DNA of 59,863 nucleotides, filler included, from 5 parts of 5 records of this genome joined end to end with filler, not necessarily neighbours in it, one strand, 5' to 3'; numbered from the whole stretch's first letter, positions 30,173 through 41,759 are shown. Numbers and translations: made by a program. Notes: a model not told the origin generated them from the letters alone.

Positions 30173-31478
30173 ATGCCGAGTGACCCGGACGACGATTTTG
30201 AAGACATTGACGATTCCGATAGTGATTCAGGGAACCTTCGTGCAAATGTGCCAACTTCAAAGGACCTGCTTTTTGTGCGGAAACCTGCAGCGGGCACCGT
30301 ATCCGCCAGAGCCGGCGAAAGTGAGAAAAGTGGATGGACTTGTTCAGCGTGCACTTTCGAGAACCAGTGCACAGCTGTCAGATGTGAAATATGCGCAACG
30401 ACAAAACCTCAGGCAGCTGCTGTGCAAACAAACATTGCACCAATATTTCTTCGCGCGAAACCAATCACCAAACCAATCACGAAAGGGATAGGAGGCGCCC
30501 CCGCGTCGACCGGAGTTCACAAGCACGTGGCCTCCGATGAAAAAGCATGTAATGGCGCCAGGCCTGCTCCAGGTCGTAAATCTGCGCCTTCGAGTTTTGG
30601 CGCCGCCCACCGTCACCCTGGCACAGACGCGCACAAACAGCTCCGTCCACGAGCAACGGCGCTACGAAAAGCTCCAACGCTCCGCGAAAAGGTTCGCGCA
30701 ATGCATTCATCCTCATCCGCCGCTCCAGCATCGGGCTTCGCAGCTGCAACCCCACTCCCCTTGCCTACGCCATCCTTAACGACGTCAGTGTTGAAGTACC
30801 GTCTTCCGTTTTTCAAAAGCATTGCGCAGTTGAAGGCTGAGGGGATTGCGCCATTCGGTATGTTTTCAGTTTGTCGCATTCATTCTGTGTCTAAAAGGGC
30901 GTTGTTTGCGATGGTTGCTGCGATTTGCATGATACACAGCGGTCCTGAGTATTAAAATCCACCGTTCTTCCTCTCATGGATGCAGATTTTGACCATCTTT
31001 TTTCTGCTGGAGCCTCACGCGTCATGCTTCGTACCTCTGAGGTAAGAAAATTCTTTCACCGAAAAAAAATGTGTTGCATGTCTGGTGCTTTGCTGTACTG
31101 GACGGTTCTTCCACTTGCAAAATCCTGGCATTGCCCTTTCAGGGATGCGAGTGTGGACCCAAGTCGACATGCAGCAAAGTCTGCCCGTGCAGGAAAGTTG
31201 GCAAGCTTTGCGACCCATCACTTTGCAAGTGTAGTCTTGTCTGCTGCAAAAACACGAAGGAAAATGCGTTGCTGGAGGCTGCGAAAAATTCCAATATGGG
31301 GCACTGGATTACTCGCAATGGGCAGCGCGTGTATTTCGACAAAGACGGAAACGAATACACTGGCAGTGCTGCAATGCGCAGGTATCAAGGCGATAAGAAA
31401 GGCGACCCTCCGCCAAGAAAACGAAAGCGGAAGAAGCAGCGACGGCCCCGGTCAAGAGGCAGAAAAAAAAACCGCTGA
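30173..31478 (+). CDS. eukaryotic spliced gene: RanBP2-type zinc finger plus Cys-rich CXC-like domain; exons 30173-30857, 30986-31041, 31143-31478
   Basis: WTCSACTFEN....RCEIC; GTATGT..CAG and GTAAGA..CAG introns keep frame; CECGPKSTCSKVCPCRKVGKLCDPSLCKC; basic C-terminus. Confidence 0.75.
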
Positions 31479-31560
31479 AGTGCTTTCATTGTGAAATATT
31501 TAATTTATATTGGTGTCGACGTGAATGTAAGGCACGGTGGGAATTAGAGCACGGACGTCG

Positions 31561-32780
31561 CTACCCGATTTTTTGCTTCCATTCCGCGCTCAGGCGTTCT
31601 TCACATTCTTTGGCTGACTTGACTAAGTTTTCGAAATGATGTTGAAGTTTCGCAAGACACTGGTCGCAGTCATGGAGCAGTTCGTTCTTTGACTCCGTGA
31701 CTGCCCGGAACAAGGAATCTTCCTTTTTCTTCCCCTCATCCTGCAGACTGCGAGTGTCTTTCTCAATTTGTGTCGTTTGTGCATCGATATGCTCAATCAG
31801 TACTTGGTGCTGAGCTACATGGAGAAGAAAACAAGACAGCAATGGAGAACTCAGCTCGTTGAACTAAGCCAGCATTTGTGTGGCACGATTGTAAATGACG
31901 TCACAAAAATCCCTTCACCAAAAGCAACAACGAAGTACCATTTTTCTGCGCCAGCACGTGGTTTTGCGCCTGCAATTGTTGCAGTGTATTGGTGCTTTGC
32001 GCCAGTTCGTGTCTCAAAGATTTCACTTGGATCTTGAGTTGAGCGGCTCGCTCTGCAATCGAGGTTCCTTGTGAGCTGATCGTTTGCACAAGTTCACTGG
32101 TTGATGCTCCTTTTTTCTGCACTCGACCCCGCTCAGACGAGGTGTCCTGGAAAACATGTTTGCTCATATCACAGAAAATGCACAATCGACACCCACCAGA
32201 GACACGAAAACAAAAACAAAAAACAAAAACAAAAAGAACAGCGACCAGTCAATGGTAGATCTCGCGAGCAAGGATCGAGCTGTACACAACCACTATCCCC
32301 ACTTAACCAACGAAAAAAAAAACAAGGGTTTGCCTACTTTTACATCCTCTGTTCGGTGGAAGCTTCACGAAAGACTTGCTGCTGCTGCTGCGCTCAGGGT
32401 GAGAGAAAGCAGGCAGCTGGTTGCCAAGCTCGTCACGCTGCCTGCGCAGAGAGAGACACGTAGAGTCTGGGCGTTCCCCTCGCACATCTTCCTTCACCGT
32501 CAGTTCGTTCGTCAGTCTGGCCCACCCCGTCTACACATCATTACACAAGTGATTCTAAATGTAACTTGTGCTATTATTGATGTCTTTTTGGGAGTGACAT
32601 TAATACATTTTGTGCTATGTGTGCTTCAACCCCGCACCGCCGACTGACTGGCGTGCAGGGCCAGACACGCGAGGGTGCTTCACAACAACAAAACGAACGA
32701 AAGAGTTGACACTCGCACGCACAACGTGGAGAACGCCCAGGCCTGGGCGAGTGCGGAACGGGTTTGCGTCTTTCGAGCAT
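31561..32780 (-). CDS. eukaryotic multi-exon coiled-coil protein (exon model approximate)
   Basis: Successive minus-strand helical ORF segments bounded by polypyrimidine-AG acceptors and GT donors. Confidence 0.45.
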
Positions 32781-33104
32781 TGTCGTTTCCTCTGGGTCCG
32801 GGAATTTATTAACGCGGGGGGAAATAAAAATGTCCAAAGTTAGGCGTGCTTGTGGGACGGACGGCGTGCATCTGGTTGGTTGTTCGGTTTTGAGGCTGCG
32901 CCAATGAAGTGCTGAAAGGCCGCGTTCAAGCAGGCTTCAGCTCGGCAGAAAAATCTGCCCTCCTTGGGCGTTTGGTTTTGTCTGGGCACACTTTCAAGCG
33001 CCCCTGCCATTGCGTGATAGCTGTTTTTTTTGCCAGATTGTCTGTGCAAGGTGGGCCGCTGTCAACTGTGAGGTAGCGTGGATTGATCAGCAACAGCACG
33101 CCAT

Positions 33105-33985
33105 ATGCACGGTATTTCAGTGCCAGAGTGGGGGCGAAAGCGTGTTTCCTCTCGCTTCACGTACAAAAAGAAGAAAATTTTGACCCCGAAACGTGATCGG
33201 CATCTTTGGTCGTCAAGAGATGATCAAATGCTGGCCGCGTCTGCGCCTGCGAAAAAGTCAAGGCTGAGCGAAAATATGCTCGTATCAGCATCGGGGAAGA
33301 AGAAAAAAAAGACCAAAAGGCAGAAGGAGAATACTAACGCTCTTCAAGCACGCAAAGCTGCCACAGCAAACGCCACAAAAACTCCCACAAAAACTGAAAA
33401 AACTCGAGTTGCAAAGCGGTTGACCACAAAACCCCGAAGCCCCAAAGTTCCACCGCGTGCGCCCAGGAAAAAGAAGAAACCGCCGCAATTGACAAAAGTC
33501 GTGCGCCTTAAAGCACAACGTGACGGGGAACGTGGTCATCAGAATCATCAAAATCCACAAGTTAGTCATCGGCAAAAACTAGAGTCGAAGCTTCAATCAC
33601 TGACGTCAGCTTTAATTTCAACAGTCGCGCACCACCGCAAGCGAATGTTGGAGCTTGGGCAAGCTGCAACGGAGCACATTGCCACAATCCAAGCTGAAAC
33701 CGATGGCGTGGCGGCTCAACTATCAGCAGACTTGGCACGTTTTAGACCTGTTGTTTTGCTCGCTCACGCAATCAACCACGACAACCAGGTAAATGTTGAC
33801 GTTTGTTGCAATGATCCGTGGCTGTGAAACAGGATGCTGTAAGCAACGCTGTGCAAAGCTATGAAGCGAGATCCAACCAGGTGATCGATGGAGAAGCAGA
33901 CACTGTGCTGACGCTCCCCTTTGACCAACTCGAGGAAGTGCTGCAAGAGCTTCCGAAAGGAATTGGTGGCAGGGTGCTGGTGTAA
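33105..33985 (+). CDS. eukaryotic Lys-rich hypothetical protein, spliced (3' end uncertain)
   Basis: 240-aa K/R-rich ORF, donor CAG|GTAAAT near 33789, acceptor AAACAG near 33832. Confidence 0.4.
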
Positions 33986-34221
33986 GGAATCGACAGTATC
34001 GACGGTTGCCCACGATACGATATGTGATTGTTGTTTGGGTTTTTCCAACGACATGTCAAAAAATTATCAAAACTATCAGAACAAACATACATAACGAGCC
34101 CAATCTTCGCGAGGTCGGTGCCGAATGAACGCGCAAAAGCCCGCATCCACGACAGTTGGAACACAGCTCATTGAGGCTCAAGCAAAAGCAGGAAGAATAA
34201 CTAGGCCGATGCAATCCGAAG

Positions 34222-34746
34222 CTACTTTGCGAACGGCGACTTGTTGAACGTCGCATAGTAGTTGGCGGCGTACTTGGACACCTGTCACGAAAATACAGAG
34301 CACCCACATAGACTCAAAACTTGGCCCAGCCGGACAAAGCACTTTTCTTTGTTCAAACAGCAGCAACCGAGAGCAGCAACTTGAGAGAAAAGATGCGAAC
34401 GACCTACCTCGCATGTGCTGCGAGGCTTGCTGTATCTGTCGAACTCTTTTTGGACTTTGAGCGCCTTCTTCCAGTCACTGCCTACCGAGTTCGACGATGT
34501 CTCATACCCAAACTTTTCTTTTCTCACTTGAGGGACCGTGGCCTCTTGTACCGAAGTGCCTTTTGCTAAAATATCAGCAGCAACCTTCTTGAAATGCGCT
34601 GAAGGGTCGACTTTCGCCGGGTTCGCTGGCAGGTCCTTGGCCGGTCGGTGTTGCTGGAAAGGCCTGAACTCCTTGAACTCAAACCGCTCCTCCTTCTTGA
34701 TGGCCTCCGTCAGCAGTTTATCCTGCGAAACAGCGTCTTTCGACAT
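34222..34746 (-). CDS. FAM183/CFAP144-like ciliary microtubule inner protein; exons 34746-34408 and 34281-34222
   Basis: DAVSQDKLLTEAIKKE, KEKFGYETSSNSVG..W, KPRSTCE|VSKYAANYYATFNKSPFAK*; phase-0 GT-AG intron. Confidence 0.55.
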
Positions 34747-35309
34747 ATTTCCTGAACGAAGAACCACTCGCAACTGGCTTGGCTTCGACTTGTACGGGCA
34801 CAAGAGCAAGCAGACACAAGGTGCCAAACAAAAACAAAGCAAACGACAATGAATCCACAAAAGTCTCAATCAGTATCCCACCCAATGCCCAACCAACACC
34901 AACAAACAAACACAAAAAAAAGAAAGAAAGAAAAAAACAGAAAAACGGACAGAAAAAAACAAACAACACAATCAGGACGACAACAGGGTACGAACACACG
35001 CACGTGGTCCTGTCTTAAGGAAACCAGTCCCACAACCCCGCAGCCACAGACTCGTTCACTTGCGACACACAATGACGTACTTCCTCTCACTCAAGCCGAA
35101 ACTGATTTTTTAGCCCCTGAAACTGCAACGCACAGTTTAACAACAAATATGATTTTGGTAAATGTGCAACTGTAGTAACGTTAATAAGTATGTTAATATG
35201 TTGTTTAACGTATTTTCATCTGTTCCTGTTTTAGTTTGTTTCCACAAAGTGGTTCACTTCGAGTTCCTGTGGGGGAAGCTGAGTTCCTCGGCAGCGTGCG
35301 AGTGTCGCT

Positions 35310-35431
35310 GTTGTGCGGGTGAGCGAGCGCCAGGTTTGTGTCTTCCGTTGTGCGGGTGAGCGAGCGCCAGGGACCTTCCGTTGAGCTCCTCACTCACTCC
35401 ACCCTCACTCCACCCTCACTCCACTCACTCC
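35310..35431. repeat. 25-nt direct repeat x2 followed by a CTCACTCCACC-type minisatellite
   Basis: GTTGTGCGGGTGAGCGAGCGCCAGG at 35310 and 35347. Confidence 0.8.
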
Positions 35432-35841
35432 TCCCTCAAAAACGAAACGGCGCTGGTCAAGTCGGTCTTTATGGTTATAAAGGACTACACGGCCACACTA
35501 TGCAAACCGTTTTTTTAAATCTGCTTGCACTAGGTGTTTTGAAAGGGATGTGACCCTAATAAAAAATACGACCCGTTACCAGCTTCCACGCCCATGCGAG
35601 GAGCCTCGTATAATACGTGGGAAAAAAAAGAAAAAAAAAAAGCGAGAACTCGGGGGCGACAGGGTTTGTACCAACGAGCGCTCCAAGTTGGCAGTTCGTT
35701 TCGCGTATTGCTGCGCACTGCCGCAGGAGAAAATTATGTAAAATTCGTACAATAAGCAATTTACCTTGGTGGAAAAGGTCAGGAATCGCTACTTTCCTAA
35801 TGTTCTACTTTGGGGAGTGTGCTTTTGTGCTTTTGTGCTTC

Positions 35842-35863
35842 TTGTTGTTGTTGTTGTTGTTGT
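35842..35863. repeat. (TTG)n microsatellite at contig end
   Basis: Direct reading. Confidence 0.9.
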
Positions 35864-35963
35864 NNNNNNNNNNNNNNNNNNNNNNNNNNNNNNNNNNNNN
35901 NNNNNNNTTAATTAATTAANNNNNNNNNNNNNNNNNNNNNNNNNNNNNNNNNNNNNNNNNNNN
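35864..35963. other. artificial contig spacer
   Basis: N-run with TTAATTAATTAA. Confidence 0.99.
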
Positions 35964-36260
35964 GATCTTGCGCATCCCGTCCATATCGTCGGAGAAGCAG
36001 AGAAGGCGCGTCTTCACACCCGGCATCAGCAGCTCGAAGGCGCGGCGCACCATGGTCGTGCGCGCAACCTCGCCGAATGTACCGATATGAGGCAGGCCGG
36101 AAGGTCCGTAGCCGGTTTCGAAAAGAACGTCCGGGTCAGTCTCGCCACTCTTCTCAAGGCGAGCCACCAGTTTTCGTGCTTCCTCGAACGGCCAGGCCTT
36201 GCTGACGCGGGCGGCCTCAAGGAGTTCGGACGAAGCTATGGCGGCGGGAGCGGCGGACAT
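35964..36260 (-). CDS. lysS: class I lysine--tRNA ligase (3' truncated)
   Basis: [43 protein letters not shown]. Confidence 0.95.
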
Positions 36261-36449
36261 CTAGTCTGTACCTGGAAATATTGACTTAAGGCTTTGTCAA
36301 GCGCGCGGACCCTATGCTTTGGCCCTCCCTCAGTCAATGCGGCGCACGCCGCAAGGCGGGTGGCAAAACGGGGTCCAGCGGGCCCGGCCACCTGTCCGGG
36401 AAAGCCATGTTGTAGCGTATTGTGGCGGTATGCCCGGAGAGCCAAAACA

Positions 36450-38336
36450 TTGACCACACCGAACCCGGACAGCCCTGCAGAGGGCGCCCCGGCCGCAGAG
36501 GAAGAGGCATTTCCGCCGCTTGGCGCCATGCGCCGGAGCCATCCCATTGAAACGCGGATCGACGCGGAGCAGGTGAAACTGCTGATGTCGCTTGGTGAGG
36601 CGAGCCGCTGGACGATTTTCGGCGGCATCGCGGTTGTCGGTCTCGCCTTTTACGAGACAGCGCCGATATGGGCGATGGGAGCGGTGGCCGCGATCCAGCT
36701 TGTCGCGCAGTTCTTCTTCGACCGCGTGCGCAACGGCTTTCGCGCGGACCCGGACGCCGTCGCGAACGCAATGAAATGGGCGCATCGCTATGCGCTCGTC
36801 ACCATCATCAGCGGGTCGACATGGGGCGTGGGCGCGATCCTGTGGCTGCCGGGCTCGACCTTCGCGCATGAAATCTTCTATCTGCTGGTGCTCGCGACGC
36901 TCATCATGGCGACCGCAGTGTCGCGCGCGAACTATCCGCCTGCCGTCATCTATTACGGGTTTGCCGCGAGCCTGCCGGCCGCCGCCGTGCTGCTGTGGCG
37001 GGCGGACCCGCTCTCTATTGCGACGGTGTTTCTGGCAGCGATGTTCTTCGCGACCATCGCCGGATGGACGCGGCGCATCAACAACGGATATCGCGATGCC
37101 TTCCGGCTGCGGTTTGAAAATGCCGATCTCGTCGAGCGCATGGCACGCGCGCATGCGGCGAGCGAACAGCGGCGGCGCGACTCCGAAGAAGCGGAGGGGC
37201 GTGCAAGGGCAGCGATGCAAGCGAAACAGGAGTTTCTCGACATCATCAGCCACGAAGTGCGCGCACCGCTGGACGGGTTGCGCAACATGGCGATCTATCT
37301 CGCCGACGAGGCGACGAACGACACACAGATGAAGATTGCGGCGTCGGTCGAGGAAACGAGCCAGCTTCTCCGGCGGCTGATCGACGACATGATCGACTTC
37401 TCGGAGATCGAGGCACATTCGATGGAGCTGAAGCCCCGGAGCTTCGACCCCGCCGAACTCGCGCGCAGTATCGTGCGCATGACAAGGCATCAGGCCGTGG
37501 CGCGCGGGCTGTCGCTCGAAATCGACAAGGGGCTCGACCTGCCGGACCACATGATCGCGGACCCCGACCGCGTGAAACAGGTGCTGACGAACCTGATCGG
37601 CAACGCGATCAAGTTCACCTATCAAGGCGGCGTGGTGGTGCGCATTGCATCGCTGAAGACGCCGGACGGCGAGACCGTGTTTCGCTTTTCGGTGAGCGAT
37701 ACCGGGCCCGGCCTTTCGACGGAGGCACGTAAGCGCATTTTCGAAGCCTTCGCGCAAGGGGCGGATGCCCGTGACTTCCGCTTCGCGGGGAAGACGGCGG
37801 GTGTGGGGCTCGGCCTGCCGATCAGTGAGCGGCTCGTCAGCATGATGGGCGGGCATATCGGCGTCGACAGCACGCCGGGACAGGGCAGCACGTTCTGGTT
37901 CCTTCTGCCCGCCGAGCCGGGCGCTGCGGCCGGCTATTTCGACGCGCTGCGCGCGGAGGACCGGCCCGCCGCGAGCGGCAAACCGGAACGGCTGCTCGAT
38001 CTCGACCATCTCTACGAACTCGAACAGCGGATCGGCGGGCAGCACATCACCGATTACCTCGTGGCGGGGCTTGAGCGCGTGCTCGAAATCCACCGCGAGA
38101 TCGAGAAGGCCCGGACGCTGCGCGACGGCGACAAGCTGGCGAAACATGCCCGCGAATTGCGGGTGGCGGCGGCCGATATCGGGCTTACCGCCTTGTCGCT
38201 CGTTGCGGGCGATATCGACATGGCGCTGACCCAGGGCGAGGCCGATGCGGCGATGAGCAGCGTGCCCCGGCTACAGCAGAAGATCACGGCGACCTGGCGC
38301 GCGCTCGCCAAGGCCTATCCGAGCCTCGCCGCCTGA
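36450..38336 (+). CDS. membrane sensor histidine kinase with C-terminal Hpt-like domain
   Basis: Multi-TM N-terminus, H-box SHEVRAPL, NLIGNAIKFT, DTGPG, GVGLGL; TTG start after GGAGA. Confidence 0.88.
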   Translation: MTTPNPDSPAEGAPAAEEEAFPPLGAMRRSHPIETRIDAEQVKLLMSLGEASRWTIFGGIAVVGLAFYETAPIWAMGAVAAIQLVAQFFFDRVRNGFRADPDAVANAMKWAHRYALVTIISGSTWGVGAILWLPGSTFAHEIFYLLVLATLIMATAVSRANYPPAVIYYGFAASLPAAAVLLWRADPLSIATVFLAAMFFATIAGWTRRINNGYRDAFRLRFENADLVERMARAHAASEQRRRDSEEAEGRARAAMQAKQEFLDIISHEVRAPLDGLRNMAIYLADEATNDTQMKIAASVEETSQLLRRLIDDMIDFSEIEAHSMELKPRSFDPAELARSIVRMTRHQAVARGLSLEIDKGLDLPDHMIADPDRVKQVLTNLIGNAIKFTYQGGVVVRIASLKTPDGETVFRFSVSDTGPGLSTEARKRIFEAFAQGADARDFRFAGKTAGVGLGLPISERLVSMMGGHIGVDSTPGQGSTFWFLLPAEPGAAAGYFDALRAEDRPAASGKPERLLDLDHLYELEQRIGGQHITDYLVAGLERVLEIHREIEKARTLRDGDKLAKHARELRVAAADIGLTALSLVAGDIDMALTQGEADAAMSSVPRLQQKITATWRALAKAYPSLAA

Positions 38337-38407
38337 CGCAGCGCGCTTTTTTCCCTCCTTCTCCCCCGGAATATCTTTGAGGCGGCGCATCGTTATACTG
38401 CGCGGCG

Positions 38408-41311
38408 ATGTCCGGTTTTTCACACGACGATTCGCCCGCGCGGCGCGATGGGCCGATGCTTCCCGACGCGGTCGCCATGGTGCCCTCACGCGCACCCGGT
38501 GGCGGCGCGGTTGCGGTTACGCCGGACGGCGAGGTCGAAGAGCTTTCGCCCGACGAGGCGCTGCGGCGGATCGAGCGCGAGCCGGTGATGCTGGTGCATG
38601 CGGGCTTCACGGCACGGCGGATCGCGCGGGGGCGGAATTTCCGCGAGCCGGGGCCGCAAGTGCTCGACCTGATGGAACTCTTCGCCTTCGTGCATCCGGC
38701 GGAGCCCTGCCTGCCGACAGCGGAGGGGCTTGCCCGCGCGCTCGGCATCGAGACGGGTGAGACGCCGGAAGAACAGGCGATGATGCTGCGCGAAGCGGCG
38801 GCACAAATGCTCGCGCGGCTGCAGGACCCGCGTCTGCCCGACCGGCCGAGCGCGGCGCGGACTGCCTACCGGATGGCGGAGGCGGGCTGGGCATGGGGAC
38901 CCGGCGTCGTTGCCGCGCTGCGCGACGCGCTCAGCCGCGAGGGGAAGCCGCCCGCCTCACGCGGCTTCGACATATGGAACGAGCTTCCCGAATGGGAAGA
39001 GCGCGGCCCTCGCCCTCCCGCCGGGTCGCTGCCTGTGAGCGTGGCGGAAGCGGAGGCGCGGCTTGCGGAACTGGCGGGCGCGGACGCGGAGGACCGGCCG
39101 GGACAGGTCGCGTTTTCAGGTGTGGCCGCCGCCGCCTTCGGGCCGCGCGAGCGGGCGGGCGAGCCCAATGTCGTGATTGCGGAAGCGGGCACCGGTATCG
39201 GCAAGACGATCGGCTATATCGCGCCCGCGAGCCTGTGGGCAGACCGCAACAAGGGCACGGTCTGGATTTCAACCTATACGAAGAACCTGCAGCGCCAGCT
39301 CGACCAGGAACTGACGCGGCTTTATCCCGACCCGGCGGAGAAGGCGGAGAAAGCCGTCATCCGCAAGGGGCGCGAGAATTATCTGTGCCTGCTCAATTTC
39401 GCGGAGATGGCGGACCGCGCGGCGTTGGGTGGCAATGCGGTTGCGATCGGGCTCGTCGCGCGCTGGGCGAAGGCGAGCCGCGATGGCGACATGGTGGGCG
39501 GCGATTTTCCGGCATGGCTCGCGGCGCGGCTTGGCGGCGTGACCGGGCGCACGGGGCTGACCGACCGGCGCGGCGAATGCGTCTATACGGCCTGTCCGCA
39601 TTACAAGAAGTGCTTCATCGAACGCGCGATCAGGAAAGCGCGGCGCGCCGAGATCGTGGTTGCGAACCATGCACTTGTGATGCGGCAGGCGGCGCTTGAC
39701 CAGGCGATGGGGCCGGTTGCGCCCGCGCCTGCAAAGACAGAAGACGCAGCGGGCGGCGCGGAGGACGAAGCACCGAGCGGGCGCGAAGCGCGCTCGCGCT
39801 TTGTGTTCGACGAGGGGCACCATGTTTTCGACGCGGCGGACAGCGCCTTTTCGGCTTCGCTTTCCGCGCTTGAAACGGCGGAGTTGCGGCGCTGGATTCG
39901 CGGCGCGGAGGGACAGAGGGGACGGCGCGGGCGCGGCCTCGACGAACGCATCGGCGACCTGATTGCCGACGACAAGCTCGCCGAAGAAGCGCTCGTCGCG
40001 GCGCTTTCAGCGGCGGCCGCCCTGCCCGCGCCCGGATGGACGACGCGCATCAACGAAGGGCAACCGCGCGGCGCGGCGGAGAAATTTCTCGCGCTGGTGC
40101 GCCAGCAGGTGCATGCGCGCGCGGAGGAGACGGGCACGGCATTTTCGCTCGAAGCGGAGACGGAGCCGCCGGTGGAGGGGCTGGCGGAAGCAGCCGCCGC
40201 GCTCGACGATGCGCTGAAGCGGCTCGGGCAACCGCTGCACCTGATCGCGGACCGCTTGCGCGCACGGCTCGACGAGGAAGCGGAAGACCTCGACACGGCG
40301 ACACGCATCCGCATGGACGCGGCGGCGCGCGGGATCGAGCGGCGCGTGCGCGTGCTCATTCCTTCGTGGCGGAGCATGCTTGCGAGCCTTGGAACCGCGA
40401 CGCCGGAAATTTTCGTCGACTGGCTTTCCGTCGAGCGGTTGTTCGGGCGCGAGATCGACACCGGCATGCACCGGCACTGGCGCGACCCGACGATCCCGTT
40501 CGCGGGCGCGGTGCTCGAACCGGCGCATGGCGTGCTCATTACGTCGGCGACACTGCGCGACCAGTTGCCGGAAGAAGACGATGCCGAGGGCGGATGGGAG
40601 AGCGCGGAAATACGCACCGGCGCGTCGCATCTCGCGCTGCCCGCGAAACGCGCTTTCATGGCGTCGCCCTTCGACTACGAGGCACAAGCGCGCGTTTTCG
40701 TGGTGCGCGATGTCAGCCGGACGAACATGGACGAGATCGCATCCGCCTACCGCGAACTTTTCCGCGCGGCGGGCGGCGGCGCGCTCGGCCTTTTTACGGC
40801 GATCCACCGGCTGCGCGCGGTGCATGAGCGGATCGTGTCGCCGCTCGAAGAAGCGGGGCTCACGCTTTACGCGCAGCATGTCGACGCGCTCGACACCGGC
40901 ACGCTGGTCGATATTTTTCGGGCGGAACGCCATGCCTGCCTGCTGGGCACGGACGCCGTGCGCGACGGGGTGGATGTGCCGGGCGACTCGCTTCGCATGA
41001 TCGTGTTCGACCGCGTGCCCTGGCCGCGCCCCGACATATTGCACAAAGCGCGGCGCGAGCAATTCGGCAAGGCGCGCTACGACGACATGCTGACGCGGCT
41101 GCGGCTGAAGCAGGCCTTCGGGCGGCTGATCCGCCGCGCGAGCGACCGGGGCGTCTTCGTGATGCTCGATTCACGGCTGCCGACGCGGCTCACCTCCGCT
41201 TTCCCGCCGGGGACCGTCGTTCACCGGGTGGGACTTGCCGAGGCAATCGCGGAATCGCGGCGTTTTCTCGACGGCGAGGCGGCGCTTGCGGGGGCAGGAG
41301 CCAATCCCTAA
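38408..41311 (+). CDS. dinG: DinG/YoaA-family ATP-dependent DNA helicase
   Basis: EAGTGIGKT, RKGRENYLC, Fe-S Cys (CVYTACPHYKKC), VVANHAL, DEGH, TSATL, DGVDVPG, QAFGRLIRR. Confidence 0.9.
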   Translation: MSGFSHDDSPARRDGPMLPDAVAMVPSRAPGGGAVAVTPDGEVEELSPDEALRRIEREPVMLVHAGFTARRIARGRNFREPGPQVLDLMELFAFVHPAEPCLPTAEGLARALGIETGETPEEQAMMLREAAAQMLARLQDPRLPDRPSAARTAYRMAEAGWAWGPGVVAALRDALSREGKPPASRGFDIWNELPEWEERGPRPPAGSLPVSVAEAEARLAELAGADAEDRPGQVAFSGVAAAAFGPRERAGEPNVVIAEAGTGIGKTIGYIAPASLWADRNKGTVWISTYTKNLQRQLDQELTRLYPDPAEKAEKAVIRKGRENYLCLLNFAEMADRAALGGNAVAIGLVARWAKASRDGDMVGGDFPAWLAARLGGVTGRTGLTDRRGECVYTACPHYKKCFIERAIRKARRAEIVVANHALVMRQAALDQAMGPVAPAPAKTEDAAGGAEDEAPSGREARSRFVFDEGHHVFDAADSAFSASLSALETAELRRWIRGAEGQRGRRGRGLDERIGDLIADDKLAEEALVAALSAAAALPAPGWTTRINEGQPRGAAEKFLALVRQQVHARAEETGTAFSLEAETEPPVEGLAEAAAALDDALKRLGQPLHLIADRLRARLDEEAEDLDTATRIRMDAAARGIERRVRVLIPSWRSMLASLGTATPEIFVDWLSVERLFGREIDTGMHRHWRDPTIPFAGAVLEPAHGVLITSATLRDQLPEEDDAEGGWESAEIRTGASHLALPAKRAFMASPFDYEAQARVFVVRDVSRTNMDEIASAYRELFRAAGGGALGLFTAIHRLRAVHERIVSPLEEAGLTLYAQHVDALDTGTLVDIFRAERHACLLGTDAVRDGVDVPGDSLRMIVFDRVPWPRPDILHKARREQFGKARYDDMLTRLRLKQAFGRLIRRASDRGVFVMLDSRLPTRLTSAFPPGTVVHRVGLAEAIAESRRFLDGEAALAGAGANP

Positions 41312-41344
41312 AGTCGCGGCGAACCGAAGCCCCAAGGAAAGTAC

Positions 41345-41755
41345 ATGTCGACGATTTCTCACGAGAATGCCCTGATCTACATCATGGTCACGATGAGCGC
41401 GGTCGACCGCGCCATGAGCGACAACGAACTTCGTGACATCGGCACCATCGTGCAGACGCTGCCCGCCTTTCGCGACTTCAATGCGGAGCGGCTGATCCCG
41501 GTTGCGAAGGAATGCGCCGCGATCCTGCAGGAAGATGGCGGGCTCGATGCGGTGTTCGGGCTTGTGAAGGATGCGCTGCCGCCGCGCCTGCGCGAAACGG
41601 GCTATGCGCTGGCAGTCGAAATCGCGGCGGCGGATCTTTCGGTCGGCGCGGAGGAACTGCGGCTGCTGCAACTTCTGCGCGATACGCTCGACATCGACAA
41701 GCTCGTCGCCGCCGCCATCGAGCGCGGCGCGCGGGCACGGCACATGTCGCTCTGA
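41345..41755 (+). CDS. TerB-family protein
   Basis: ALIYIMVTMSAVD, LRETGYALAVEIAAAD, AAIERGARAR. Confidence 0.88.
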   Translation: MSTISHENALIYIMVTMSAVDRAMSDNELRDIGTIVQTLPAFRDFNAERLIPVAKECAAILQEDGGLDAVFGLVKDALPPRLRETGYALAVEIAAADLSVGAEELRLLQLLRDTLDIDKLVAAAIERGARARHMSL

Positions 41756-41759
41756 AACC

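Noticed and set aside
35310-35383. 25-nt direct repeat as a mini CRISPR array
   Set aside because: Only two copies with a 12-nt spacer, in a eukaryotic contig, with no cas genes.
38408-41755. Helicase next to TerB as a Shango-like defence system
   Set aside because: The helicase is housekeeping DinG, TerB is the short stand-alone type commonly near alphaproteobacterial lysS, and the third ATPase gene is absent.
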